The notes under the pieces: model-generated | Told to the model about the DNA's origin: nothing | The model's input: the letters and a program-made list of their open reading frames with translations, nothing else | Database searches by the model: none | Program-made: the position numbers and the translations under genes | Shown: positions 25,763 through 36,774 of the stretch, piece after piece | Layout: every line of letters begins with the position of its first letter | Position numbering within the stretch: position 1 is the first letter of the stretch | NCBI RefSeq assembly: GCF_009914755.1 | Contig: NC_060937.1 | Length of the DNA: 64,000 nucleotides | Origin: the human T2T-CHM13v2.0 reference genome, Homo sapiens | Direction: 5' to 3' (one strand)

Positions 25763-28580
25763 TGTTTGGGTGCTGAGTGTTTGGGTGCTGTGTGTTTGGG
25801 TGCTGAGTGTTTGGGTGCTGTGTGTTTGGGTGCTGAGTGTTTCGGTGCTGTGTGGGTGTGGAGTGTTTGGGTGCTGAGTGTTTAGGTGCTGTGTGTTTGG
25901 GTGCTGAGTGTTTTGGCACTGAGTGGGTGCTGTGTGTTTGGGTGCTGAGTGTTTCGGCGCTGAGTGGGTGCTGTGTGTTTGGGTGCTGAGTGTTTGGGTG
26001 CTGAGTGTTTCGGCGCTGAGTGGGTGCTGAGTGGGTGCTGTGTGTTTGGGTGCTGAGTGGGCACTGAGTGGGCGCTGAGTGTTTGCGTGCTGTGTGTTTG
26101 GGTGCTGAGTGTTTTGGCGCTGAGTGAGTGCTGAGTGTTTGGGTGCTGTGTGTTTGGGTGCTGAGTGGTTGGGTGCTGTGTGGGTGTGGAGTGTTTGGGT
26201 GCTGAGTGTTTAGGTGCTGTGTGTTTGGGTGCTGAGTGGGTGCTGAGTGTTTCGGCGCTGAGTGGGTGCTGTGTGTTTGGGTGCTGAGTGTTTTGGCACT
26301 GAGTGTTTGGGTGCTGTGTGTTTGGGTGCTGAGTGTTTAGGTGCTGTGTGTTTGGGTGCTGAGTGTTTCGGCGCTGAGTGGGTGCTGAGTGGGTGCTGTG
26401 TGTTTGGGTGCTGAGTGGGTGCTGAGTGTTTCGGCGCTGAGTGGGTGCTGAGTGGGTGCTGTGTGTTTGGGTGCTGAGTGTTTGGGTGCTGAGTGTTTCG
26501 GCGCTGAGTGGGTGCTGTGTGTTTGGGTGCTGAGTGGGCACTGAGTGGGCGCTGAGTGTTTGGGTGCTGTGTGTTTGGGTGCTGAGTGTTTTGGTGCTGA
26601 GTGTTTGGGTGCTGTGTGTTTGGGTGCTGAGTGCTTGGGTGCTGTGTGTTTGGGTGCTGAGTGGGTGCTGAATGTTTGGGTGCTGAGTAGGTGCTGTGTG
26701 TTTTGGTGCTGAGTGTTTAGGTGCTGTGTGTTTGGGTACTGAGTGGGTGCTGTGTTTAGGTGCTGTGTGTTTGGGTGCTGAGTGGGTGCTGTGTTTGGGT
26801 GCTGTGGGTGCTGAATGGGTGCTGTTTTAGCACTGAGTGGGTGCTGAGTGGGTGCTGTGTGGGCGCTGAGTGTTTGGGGGCTGTTTGGGCACTGAGTGTT
26901 TGGGTGCTGAGTGTTTAGGTGCTGTGTGTTTGGGTGCTGAGTGTTGGGCACTGAGTGGGTGCTGAGTGTTTTGGCACTGGGTGCTGAGTGTTGGGTGCTG
27001 AGTGGGCGCTGAGTGTTTGGGTGCTGAGTGTTTGGGTGCTGAGTGTTTAGTAGCTGCGTGTTTGCTGTGTGTTTGGGTGCTGTGTGTTTGAGTGGTGTGT
27101 GTTTGGGTGCTGTGTGTTTGAGTGCTGTGTGTTTGGGTGCTGAGTGGGTGCTGAGTGTTTAGGTGCTGTGTGTTTGGGTGCTGAGTGTTGGGTGCTGAGT
27201 GTTTGGGTGCTGAGTGTTTTGGCACTGTTTGGGTGCTGAGTGTTGGGTGCTGAGTGGGCACTGAGTGTTTGGGTGCTGAGTGTTTAGTAGCTGCGTGTTT
27301 GCTGTGTGTTTGGGTGCTGAGTGTTTGGGCACTGTGTGGGCGCTGAGTGTTTGGGCGCTGTGTGTTTGGGCACTGAGTGTTTGGATGCTGAGTGTTTGGG
27401 TGCTGAGTGGGTGCTGTGTGTTTGGGTGCTGAGTGTTGGGTGCTGAGTGTTTGGGTGCTGAGTGTTTTGGCACTGTTTGGGTGCTGAGTGTTGGGTGCTG
27501 AGTGTTTGGGCTCTGAGTGTTTGGACACTGAATGGGTGCTGAGTGTTTAGGTGCTGAGTGTTTGGGTGCTGAGTGTTTCGGTGCTGTTTGGGTGCTGAGT
27601 GTTTGGGCGCTGAGTGTTTGGGTGCTGAGTGTTTAGGTGCTGAGTGGGCGCTGTGTGTTTGGGCGCTGAGTGTTTAGGCACTGAGTGGGCACTATGTGGG
27701 CATTGAGTTTTTGGGCGCTGTGTGTTTGGGCGCTGAGTGTTTGGGTGCTGAGTGTGTGGGCGCTGAGTGGGCATTGAGTGGGTGCTGAGTGTTTGGGCAC
27801 TGAGTGGGCGTTGAGTGTTCGGGCACTTTGTGTTTGGGTGCTGAGTGGGTGCTGTGTGTTTGGTCACTGAGTGGGCGCTAAGTGGGTGCTGAGTGTTTCG
27901 GTGCTGAGTATTTGGGTGCTGAGTGGGTGCTGTGTGTTTGAGTGCTGTGTGTTTGGGTGCTGAGTGGGTGCTGAGTGCTTAGGTGCTGTGTGTTTGGGTG
28001 CTGAGTGGTGGGAGCTGAGTGTTTGGATGCTGAGTGTTTTGGCGCTGTGTGGGTGCTGAGTGTTTAGTAGCTGTGTGTTTGCTGTGTGGTTGCTGAGTGT
28101 TTGGGTGCTGAGTGTTTAGTTGCTGTGTGTTTGCTGTGTGTTTGGGTGCTGAGTGTTTGGGCACTGAGTGGGCGCTGTGTGTTTGGGCGCTGAGTGGGCA
28201 CTGAATGGGCGCTGTTTGGGCACTGAGTGGGTGCTGTGTGGGCGCTGTGTGGGTGCTGAGTGGGCGCTGTGTGGGGGCTGAGTATTTGGGGGCTGAGTGG
28301 GCACTGTGTATTTGGGCACTGAGTGGGCGCTGTGTGTTTGGGCGCTGAGTGTTTGGGTGCTGAGTGTTTGGGTGATGTGTGGGCGCTGTGTATTTGGGCG
28401 CTGAGTGGGCGCTGAGTGTTTAGGTGCTGAGTGTTTGGGTGCTGAGTGTTTCGGCACTGTTTGGGTGCTGAGTGTTTGGGTGCTGAGTGTTTCAGCGCTG
28501 TTTGGGTGCTGAGTGTTTGGGTGCTGAGTGTTTCAGTGCCATTTGGGTGCTGAGTGGGTGCTGAGTGTTTGGGTGCTGAG
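25763..28580. repeat. 2.8-kb GT-rich complex minisatellite; 15-bp core TGGGTGCTGAGTGTT with 11-16 bp variants
   Basis: Minus-strand translations give (PKHSA)n and (NTQHP)n 5-aa periodicity with frequent frame slips. Confidence 0.97.
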
Positions 28581-29257
28581 GACAGACTTGTCAAGGTCTT
28601 GCTACTAGGATTCCACAACTGTGGAAAAGGCATTGTATAATCCTAAGTGAGGTCCCAGCCACTTATGTTGCAATCCCAGAGCTGGGTTGGAACTTGGGGT
28701 GCGCGATCTAGAATTCCCGCCTGAGATCATGTTGTCAGCAGTAGAGATGAGCCCAGGTGTCCCTGCAGCCAGCGTGGCTGGAGGGCCCAGACTTGGCCCA
28801 CGCCCCACGCGTCCCCTGACTTCAGACCCTACCCCAGCTTCCTAACCTCAGGGCCCTCTTCTTATGGTCCTCGCTAGGCCAGCCTGAACATTGGAGTGTG
28901 TCTGGGGCAGTGCCCAGGCAGGACATCCTGGTGAGTCGGTCACTCCTCCTCTAGTCCTTGCTGCTATATTCCTTTCGGGCTTTAGGGCAATGCCATTCTT
29001 TTCTATATGTCATATTTTAGGTGCATTTAACTTAGTTATCCAGAAATCAAACTCAGTTGCTTCAGTTTCTTTTTTTGGTGATGGGGTCTCCCTGGATTTC
29101 AGCATCTGGACATAACTTGGTGTCGAGAGCAACCGTCACTGCACGTCTGTCATCGCGGCTTTTGAGCGCTTCCTTGGTGCAGGTGTCCACTGAACGCCAC
29201 GCACGCCTTGGTCCATTTCATCTTCGAAAGGGTGTCATGAGTAGGCACTGCCGGTCT

Positions 29258-29345
29258 CCCCACTTTCCCAATGGAGAAGCTGAGACACAGAGAAGGGGAG
29301 TGACCTACCCAAGTTCCCACGCCTTGTAAGAGGCAGAGCCAGTTT
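29258..29345 (-). mobile_element. MIR core fragment
   Basis: cccactttcccaatggagaagctgagacacagagaaggggagtgacctacccaag...gtaagaggcagagccag. Confidence 0.55.
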
Positions 29346-29464
29346 CCAAATAAATTCATGTAACTGTGTCCAAGGCCGTGTGTGCACACCAGGGCACAAG
29401 ATTATTTTTATTTTTGTAGGTAACACACACATGTGTCTATGTTGCTTTTATAAAATTTGACAAG

Positions 29465-29869
29465 TGTCTTGGTTTCCTGGGGCCATGGTAACAAAGTAAC
29501 TACAGACTGACCACTGGGCGCACAGAAGCTGTTCCCTCCCAGCCCCGGAGGCGGAGTCTGAACTCAGGTGTGGCCGGAGGGGGCTCCTTCCAAGGCTATG
29601 GGGAGCGTCTCTCTGCTCGAGGCCTCTCCTCAGCTTCTGGTCTGGCTGCCTCCTGGGTCTCCCTGGGTGTGGAAGCACCGCCCCGGCCTCCACCAGCAAA
29701 TTCTCTGGGAGCTCTCCACGCGGTGCTGGGATCAGGGCCTGCCCTAATGACCTCACTTTAGCTTGGTTACCTCTGTAAAGACCGCGTCACCAGCCAAGGT
29801 CACGTTCGGAGGCACTGGGAGTTAGGCTTCGACATCATAATTTGGGGGGACACAGCTCAGCCCCTAACA
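29465..29869. mobile_element. MaLR solo LTR (MLT1C/D-like)
   Basis: tgtcttggtttcctggggcc...aacaaagtaac...gacctcactttagcttggttacctctgtaaagacc...gggggacacagctcagcccctaaca. Confidence 0.72.
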
Positions 29870-30136
29870 ACTGTCGTAAGCTTTGGACTTTTACATTTGT
29901 AAGCAGCATAACGTTCTGCCAAGACATGAGGCTTTTCCTCTTTTCTTTTAGAAAAGAGATGCCTTTCACAGAGGCCAGCATCTCTACCATGTTTATCTCA
30001 GCATAAACCTGCTGCGTTGAGGATGCCTGGCCGCTAGCTGCGCGCCCCCGGTCAGCCCAGCGTGCAGGCACCGCACTAGGGGGGCTGCTGTCTGCAGAGC
30101 ACGCTGCAGGCCCTTGTCTCTCGCCCTCTCTCACAG

Positions 30137-30256
30137 GCATCTTTCCCGGCAAACCTGCAGCTCGTCCTCGTGCTTCGCCCGACGGGTTTTTTCCAAAGGA
30201 CTCTCTCCGACATCGCTTTCAAATTCAATAGAGATGACTTTAAGATGAAGGTGCCG
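30137..30256 (+). CDS. MCF2L: MCF2L exon, Sec14 domain: ASFPANLQLVLVLRPTGFFQRTLSDIAFKFNRDDFKMKVP
   Basis: ctctctcacag|GCA ... CCG|gtaagt; 120 nt, phase 0/0. Confidence 0.96.
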
Positions 30257-31221
30257 GTAAGTGCGCCCCGCCTCCATCCTGCGGTAGCAGAACGGAACTC
30301 ATTGCCGTCCTGGCCCATCTGTGATCATCGAAATCCTCGAGGAGCTGACTTCAGGGCCACACGGTCAACAAAACCCCGCAGGACCTGGCGGGAAGTTGCA
30401 CCTCCTCAATGCTGCCAGAAGCAGTACAATCCTTTCTTCCCCCACCCCCGCCCCCAGCCCCCACCCCGCCAGAGGTGCACAGAGCATCAACCTCGGAGAG
30501 GCCACCGTGTGGGCATCCCATCAGGACGCGGGTCACGCGACATTCATACCCCCAGGAGAACTACAGAACTTGAGACCCTAAGGGCTGAGAGTCCGCCTGG
30601 CCCACCCGCGAGGAACTCAGCCCAGGCCCTGCCTGCACCCCAGGGATGAGAGAAGGGCTGGGGAGGGGGCTGTAAGCATCTCTGGACCTGGGAGGGAGCA
30701 CCCACTGCTGACTGGGATGGGCCAGACCTGTCCTGGAGCAGCCAACAGGGTGACCCCTGCCCCATCGCCACCACACTATCCCGGCACAGGGCAGCATCTC
30801 CCAACACTGCCCACTGAGAAAGCACCTTCAGTCCTGATCTGCTGTCCTTTAAAGAACAAAGGCTTCACAAAGTCCCTTAGAGCCTGTGGAGCCCGGTCAC
30901 CAGCCCGAGCTGTGTAGCTCCCCCGGAGAGCCCTGGTCAGCTGCCTTGGCGAGCTCACATCTTCTCTGCCACAAAGAGAACAGAGACATATGGGCCAGCA
31001 CCAGGCACCGCAGAGCCCCCCATGGCACCAGCCAGATGCTACTGGAAACCAGGCAATCTGGGGTGCAGGTCGCTCACTGTGAAGCTACTCCCTGTGCGCT
31101 GGGAATCAGGTGGCACCAGCCCTCCCTCCCCACCCTCGTTGCGCTACAGCCTCAATGCCAAAGGTGCAAGAGCCCTTCTCTGACAGGGAAGAAAACGGCC
31201 TGGGGCCTTTCCCCATGTACT

Positions 31222-31503
31222 GCCCCCTTCCCCTCCCCTCCCCTCCCCCTTGCCCTCCCCTCCCTCTTCCCTTTCCCCTCCCTTCCCTCTCCCCCTTCCC
31301 CTCCCCTCCCTCTCCCCCTTCCCCTCCCCTCCCTCTCCCCCTTCCCCTCCCCTACCTCTCCCCCTTTCCCCTCCCTTCCCTCTCCCCCTTCCCCTCCCCT
31401 CCCTCTCCCCCTTCCCCTCTTTTCTCTCCCCTCCCCCTCCCTCCTCCTCCCCTCCCCTCTTTTCCCCCTCCCCCTCCTCCTCCCCTTCCTCCTCCTCTCC
31501 CCC
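31222..31503. repeat. ~280-bp polypyrimidine (CCCCT/CCCT)n tract
   Basis: Almost exclusively C/T on the + strand. Confidence 0.95.
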
Positions 31504-31858
31504 TACCCAAGACAGCCCTGGGGGTCACAAGGCCCCATCCACTCTGCCCACCCCCACGCAGTCCACTCTGGGTGTCACCCGTGACCCTGGTGCCTGGCCT
31601 GGGGCAGTAACTGCAGGTGCAGGGTGTTCTGCATGGCACCCATGGGGCTCTGTGCCATCGTGCTTTGGTGGCCCCAGAACCACCAGCTTCCAAGCCATTG
31701 GGAAACTCTGTGCATGTACCGTTTTTTGTAGCCTTGGAGAAGCCTTAGTGTCTGAACAGTCCATTCCCTAGAGACGACCAGCGACAAAACCGTGCAGAGC
31801 AGGGACTCGTGGGCAGTGGGAGGCTCATGTCCTGACACCAGGATGAGCTAGGCATTGG

Positions 31859-31990
31859 GTGTGCAGCTCAGAGCTCCTCTGACAGCTCCTCTCGTGATGG
31901 CGTGTGCAGCTCAGCACCCTGCAGACAGCACCTCTCGTGGTGGCTTGTGCAGCTCAGCGCCCCGCAGACAGCTACTCTCTTGGTGGCTTG
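31859..31990. repeat. 43-bp degenerate tandem repeat x3
   Basis: Units containing tgtgcagctcag begin at ~31859, 31902, 31945. Confidence 0.8.
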
Positions 31991-33728
31991 TGTGTGTTAT
32001 GGCCCTTATGATGGAGATAACTCCGTGCGCCCTCCTTCCCTGCTATTTGGCAGGCACTGCACACTAGCCATAGGCTTTGTGACCACAGACGTGTCACGGG
32101 GAGCAAGACCGACCTCACGGGTCATCCATGCCACAGGCTCCCCTGCACAACGGCTCCACAGCAAGCCGTCAAAATGGGTTTCACAGAAATCACCGGCATC
32201 TTCAAACTCACAGCCCCACTTAGATAATTCTTGAAATTAGAGTGGATGATGTGAAGGATGCAGTTGTTGACACGTGTGTGTCCGTGTTTCAGTGCCGTGT
32301 GCTGGACTCAGCCATAGAAAGGAGACATGAGGGAGAACAGTGGCCCCGGCACCTCTGCTGCCGTGACTGACTGTCCAAACCCATGGATGGAGTGACCTCA
32401 AAAAGGGCAAGAGAAATGCAGAAAAATGAAGACAAGGCGTGTGTAGAGGAGCTTATGCGGCCGTCGCAACCACAGGTTTTCCACATAACCATAACCGTGT
32501 GGGAACTGCCAGCCACTCTCCCCGTCTGGCCTCAGTGGTGGTGTGTTGATTTCAACTGGTGTCTACAATGACCGCGGGGTATTTTCGGCAGGAACAGGGA
32601 CAAAAATGATCATCTCTCCCATCAGAGCACTGTTTGATGATGTTGCTGGAGGAGGTGTAAACGCCTGTTGCATGTCCTTGGCCATCACAGGCCGCACTCG
32701 TGTGGAGTTTTGTGCACCTCCAACAGCACCATTTGCTGCTCACCGTGGCATGATGAGCTCAGGCACAACGTGCCCATTTACGAAGGAGGCAGCTGAGACA
32801 CAGAGTGGGCGGCTGGCCTGCGGGCGAGTGGGACCCACATCTGGGTCCACACAGGTCCGAAGCCAGGCGCCCCTGTCCACACAGCCACCCACAATGTCCA
32901 GGCGCCCCCATCCGCTCAGCTGCCTACAGTGTCCAGACACCCCTGCCTGCACAGCCGCCCACAGCGTTCAGGCGTCCCTGTCCACACAGCTGCCCACGGT
33001 GTCCAGACACCCCTGTCCACACAGCCGCCCACAGCGTTCAGGCGTCCCTGTCCACACAGCCGCCCACAGCGTTCAGGCGTCCCTGTCCACACAGCTGCCC
33101 ACAGCGTTCAGGCGCCCCTGTCCACACAGCCACCCACGGTGTCCAGGGTTTGGATAAAATCTAGGCTTGGCTTTGCAAGCAGTCAGACGGGACCACAAAA
33201 TGGGTCTCCTGAGGTTTAGCTCAGGGGTTATTTGACACCACATCATGTTTTATTAAATACCGTATCAGTCTAGAGTGGGGACTCCACTGGGGGTGATTTT
33301 GCCAGATAGTCACGGCAGCAGAGGTGCCGGGGCCACTGTTCTCCCTCATGTCTCCTTTCTACGGCTGAGTTCAGCACACGGCACTGAAACACGGACACAC
33401 ACGTGTCAACAACTGCATCCTTCACATCATCCACTCTAATTTCAAGAATTATCTAAGTGGGGCTGTGAGTTTGAAGATGCCGGTGATTTCTGTGAAACCC
33501 ATTTTGACGGCTTGCTGTGGAGCCGTTGTGCAGGGGAGCCTGTGGCATGGATGACCCGTGAGGTCGGTCTTGCTCCCCGTGACACGTCTGTGGTCACAAA
33601 GCCTATGGCTAGTGTGCAGTGCCTGCCAAATAGCAGGGAAGGAGGGCGCACGGAGTTATCTCCATCATAAGGGCCATAACACACACACGCCACCACGAGA
33701 GGAGGTGTCGGCGGGGCGCTGAGCTGCA
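31948..33728. repeat. Long inverted repeat: arms 31948-32368 and 33308-33728 (~420 bp each), spacer ~940 bp
   Basis: Base-by-base reverse-complement match. The identical peptide VACVCYGPYD...QPHLDNS appears in ORFs 31902..32234(+) and 33442..33870(-). Confidence 0.96.
32868..33147. repeat. 35-bp minisatellite x~8 inside the inverted-repeat spacer
   Basis: ccctgtccacacagccgcccacagcgttcaggcgt units. Confidence 0.9.
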
Positions 33729-33900
33729 TCCCATCCGCACATCCATCCGCAGTGTCCAGGTGCCCCCACCCACACAGCCGCCCGCAGCATCCAGGCAGAC
33801 GTGGTCCTCTCTGTGCTGCTGGGTGTTCTGCTGATGGGGCAGCTCTTTTGGGAGCCAACAATAATCCCAAACACTACCACGCATTCCCTTTCTCCTCCAG

Positions 33901-34017
33901 GTCATAATGCTGAGCTCCGTACCAGACTTACACGGTTACATCGATAAGTCGCAGCTGACCGAGGACCTGGGTGGGACCCTGGACTACTGCCACTCCCGGT
34001 GGCTGTGCCAGCGCACG
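33901..34017 (+). CDS. MCF2L: MCF2L exon, end of Sec14 domain: VIMLSSVPDLHGYIDKSQLTEDLGGTLDYCHSRWLCQRT
   Basis: ttctcctccag|GTC ... ACG|gtgagc; 117 nt; contains the Sec14-type QLTEDLGG motif. Absent from the ORF track, read directly. Confidence 0.96.
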
Positions 34018-34533
34018 GTGAGCCGCGTCGGGGCCAGCGGGGCTGGCTGATACCAGCTCGAGTACTTCCACAGAATCGCTCTTGCATTACAACACGGCCC
34101 TTTCCAAAAACACATTCACATTAACAGTCGTTTTCTTTCCCAAGAATGAGGAGATGGTCTCAGTGGACCTTAGTCATTGTAAAGAAGTAACGTGAGTCAT
34201 AAGTTTGGGAGTGGCTTTCTCTGGGCTTGGAGACCAAAAAAAAAAAAAAAAACCCTTGCGTTGTGGTTTGCAACACTCACTGCTCTCAACGGGGAGAGGC
34301 AGCGCAGGCACAGGCGACTCTAGGTGACGGGCACACGTGTAGAGTGTGCCTGGTATGTTTCTGAAGAGGTCAAGGAGGGCAGGACGCTATGGGAGGGCGT
34401 TCACCGTCTTTGCGTCAGCCGGTCTCACCTGATGGGTCTGTGTGGGAACGGTTTCCGCCGGTGTCTGCTTTCAGGGCAGCAGGAGGTGGGTGCAGTGCAC
34501 AAGGCATGCAATTGTGTTTTCTCTGTCCCCAAG

Positions 34534-34683
34534 GCCATCGAAAGTTTCGCCCTCATGGTGAAGCAGACGGCTCAGATGCTGCAGTCCTTCGGGACCGAGC
34601 TGGCTGAAACAGAGCTGCCCAATGACGTCCAGTCGACAAGCTCAGTGCTGTGTGCGCACACAGAGAAGAAGGACAAGGCGAAG
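34534..34683 (+). CDS. MCF2L: MCF2L exon: AIESFALMVKQTAQMLQSFGTELAETELPNDVQSTSSVLCAHTEKKDKAK
   Basis: ctctgtccccaag|GCC ... AAG|gtacat; 150 nt, phase 0/0. Confidence 0.95.
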
Positions 34684-35643
34684 GTACATGGGGGGTGCTC
34701 CGGCTGGAAGCTGTGGGGGGCTCCGGTCAGTCAGAAGCTGCGCGGGGCTCCGGTCGGAAGCTGCGGGGGGTCTTTCGTCCCAGCGGGAGTTTGTGTCAGC
34801 AGCACGTAAGACCAAGAAGTCAGCAGGCTTGAGATGCCTTTTGATGGCAATTAGCTCGGCAACCTCTCCGACGAGAACGGAATAAAAGGAGTGTAAATGA
34901 ACCCTGTAGATTGCTGGCTGCGCCTGCCATTCTGGCGTTGGGTCAACCATTGGCCCTGGGTGGCCGTGGCTTCAGGAGTGGGACCAGGGGTGGCTCCTCT
35001 CAGGAGCACTTTTGGCTGTCTGTGCGGGGAGCTCCCGAATAGACATCTCTTGCTTCTGAGTGTGACCGAGACAGGATGTCTGTGCCAGTTTCTCATGCCG
35101 AGCAGGCGATGAAGTGGCGGTTGGAATTCCTGTTTGCAGAACACTCCCAGTGCTCACGTGTCCACAGCGCTTGCTGGAACAAACGTATTCTGAGGAGCAC
35201 GTGCTCCCTGCTCTGTGCTGCCCCTGGCCCACCGGCACGCTGCTGGCTTTGCAGCAATGGTAGCCCAGGGCCATGACCTGCTGGTGTGTCCCCGAGGACT
35301 GTGCCTCTGTGCTCACCGGGCCGCTCCACCGTGAGGACACTGAGGACCAGGAGCAGGCACCATGAGAAAGCCTGGTCTCCAGTGACTCTTTCACCTTAAC
35401 CCGTTGCCCTGAGTGCCCTGTAATGGCAGCTCTGCCCCGGGGCACACAGGAGTGAGGGAGGCCCCCACATCACCCCGCCTGCCCGCACGACCCCACAGAA
35501 GAGACTGGGAAGACTCGGGGGTCGGGGATTGACCCCTTCCTCAGTCCCCGCCCCCTCAAGAGCAAGGCCCCACGAGGCCTCACCACCAGCCTGCGCTGTG
35601 TGCCTGGACGGGGCCGGGACATGAGGCTGCATTCTCTCCACAG

Positions 35644-35768
35644 GAGGATTTGAGGCTGGCACTGAAAGAGGGGCACAGTGTCCTGGAGAGCCTCAGGGAG
35701 CTGCAGGCTGAGGGCTCAGAGCCCAGTGTGAACCAGGACCAGCTTGACAACCAGGCCACCGTGCAGAG
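35644..35768 (+). CDS. MCF2L: MCF2L exon: EDLRLALKEGHSVLESLRELQAEGSEPSVNQDQLDNQATVQ(R)
   Basis: ttctctccacag|GAG ... CAGAG|gtgagg; 125 nt, phase 0/2. Confidence 0.94.
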
Positions 35769-36774
35769 GTGAGGCCCGGCTGCCTTCCTGCCCTCATCCT
35801 GTCCCAGTCCATGGCAGGATCCTCTCAGGCACACAGCTTCTGCAAAAGAAACAGGCCACGGAAATAGCAAGCAGCGTGGCAGGCAACCCCACTCCTGGCC
35901 AGGGCCAGCACAGCAGCCGGCCTCCGAGCCTCTGTGTGGGCCTGGCTCCTCCTGCTGAAATGCTTTTCTCTCGAACCCCACAGAAAGCCACTGTTTTGGG
36001 GACAATTTCCTAGAGCAAACGCCCTTTTGCCGGCATGAAGGAGGCGTTAGGGGAAGCAGAGGCGATGGGAGTGCCTTAGACCTGGGGCTTCTGCATTCCA
36101 AGCGGGGCTTCCACAGACAGGGAGAAAGCCTGGGGTTCTCCTTGCTGCAGATAGTGTTTCTTACTTTCATTGTGAAAGGTGTGATTCTCATATTTCTCCC
36201 TTGGGCTTCCAGCTTTATAGCAGCACAGGGTAGGGCACTCGTGTGGTTGGCATGGTGCTCTAGGATGTCCAGAACTCCCTGAGCATCCCCCTCACCCCCC
36301 GAGAACTCCCCGAGCCTCCCCCCGTCCCATCCTCCCCAAGACTCCCCAAGCCTCCCATGTCCCATCTCGCTGGTGGGTGCTATCAGCCCTGCCTCCGAGC
36401 TGAGGAGCAGGGCCCGCACAGCTGGACAGCGGCTTGTCCGGCAGGGCCGTGCGGGGCGCACCCAGGCCTGGACCAAGCTGGTCCTTTTGACTCTCAGCTG
36501 CCTTTGACTCCCACGCAGCGTGGCCCACACCCTGAGCTGCCTTCTCTGCCAGGGACATGCCAAGGGCCCCGGGGACTCGACGGCGCATCCTTGAGGGGCT
36601 CCTCGTAGATGGGGTGCCGTGACCCACGAGGCAGAGGCTGCAGCACAGCCCATGAGGGTGGGCCCTGCCCTGGCCTGTGTCAGGCACCTTGTCAGCTTCC
36701 CAAAGACTCAGTTTCCTCATCTGTAAAGTGACGCTGATCCGTGCACACGCCTGGCAGGGTGGGCGTGGGGCTGA

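Noticed and set aside
25044-28633. Series of His/Pro/Gln-rich minus-strand ORFs
   Set aside because: Frame-slipping translations of the GT-rich array.
31948-33728. DNA transposon with long terminal inverted repeats
   Set aside because: No TSD, no transposase remnant in the spacer, and arm identity too high for the long-extinct human DNA transposons unless maintained by conversion. A RepeatMasker/Dfam search would settle it.
35580-36653. 357-aa antisense ORF
   Set aside because: No recognisable domain, composition typical of GC-rich non-coding DNA, partly antisense to an MCF2L exon.
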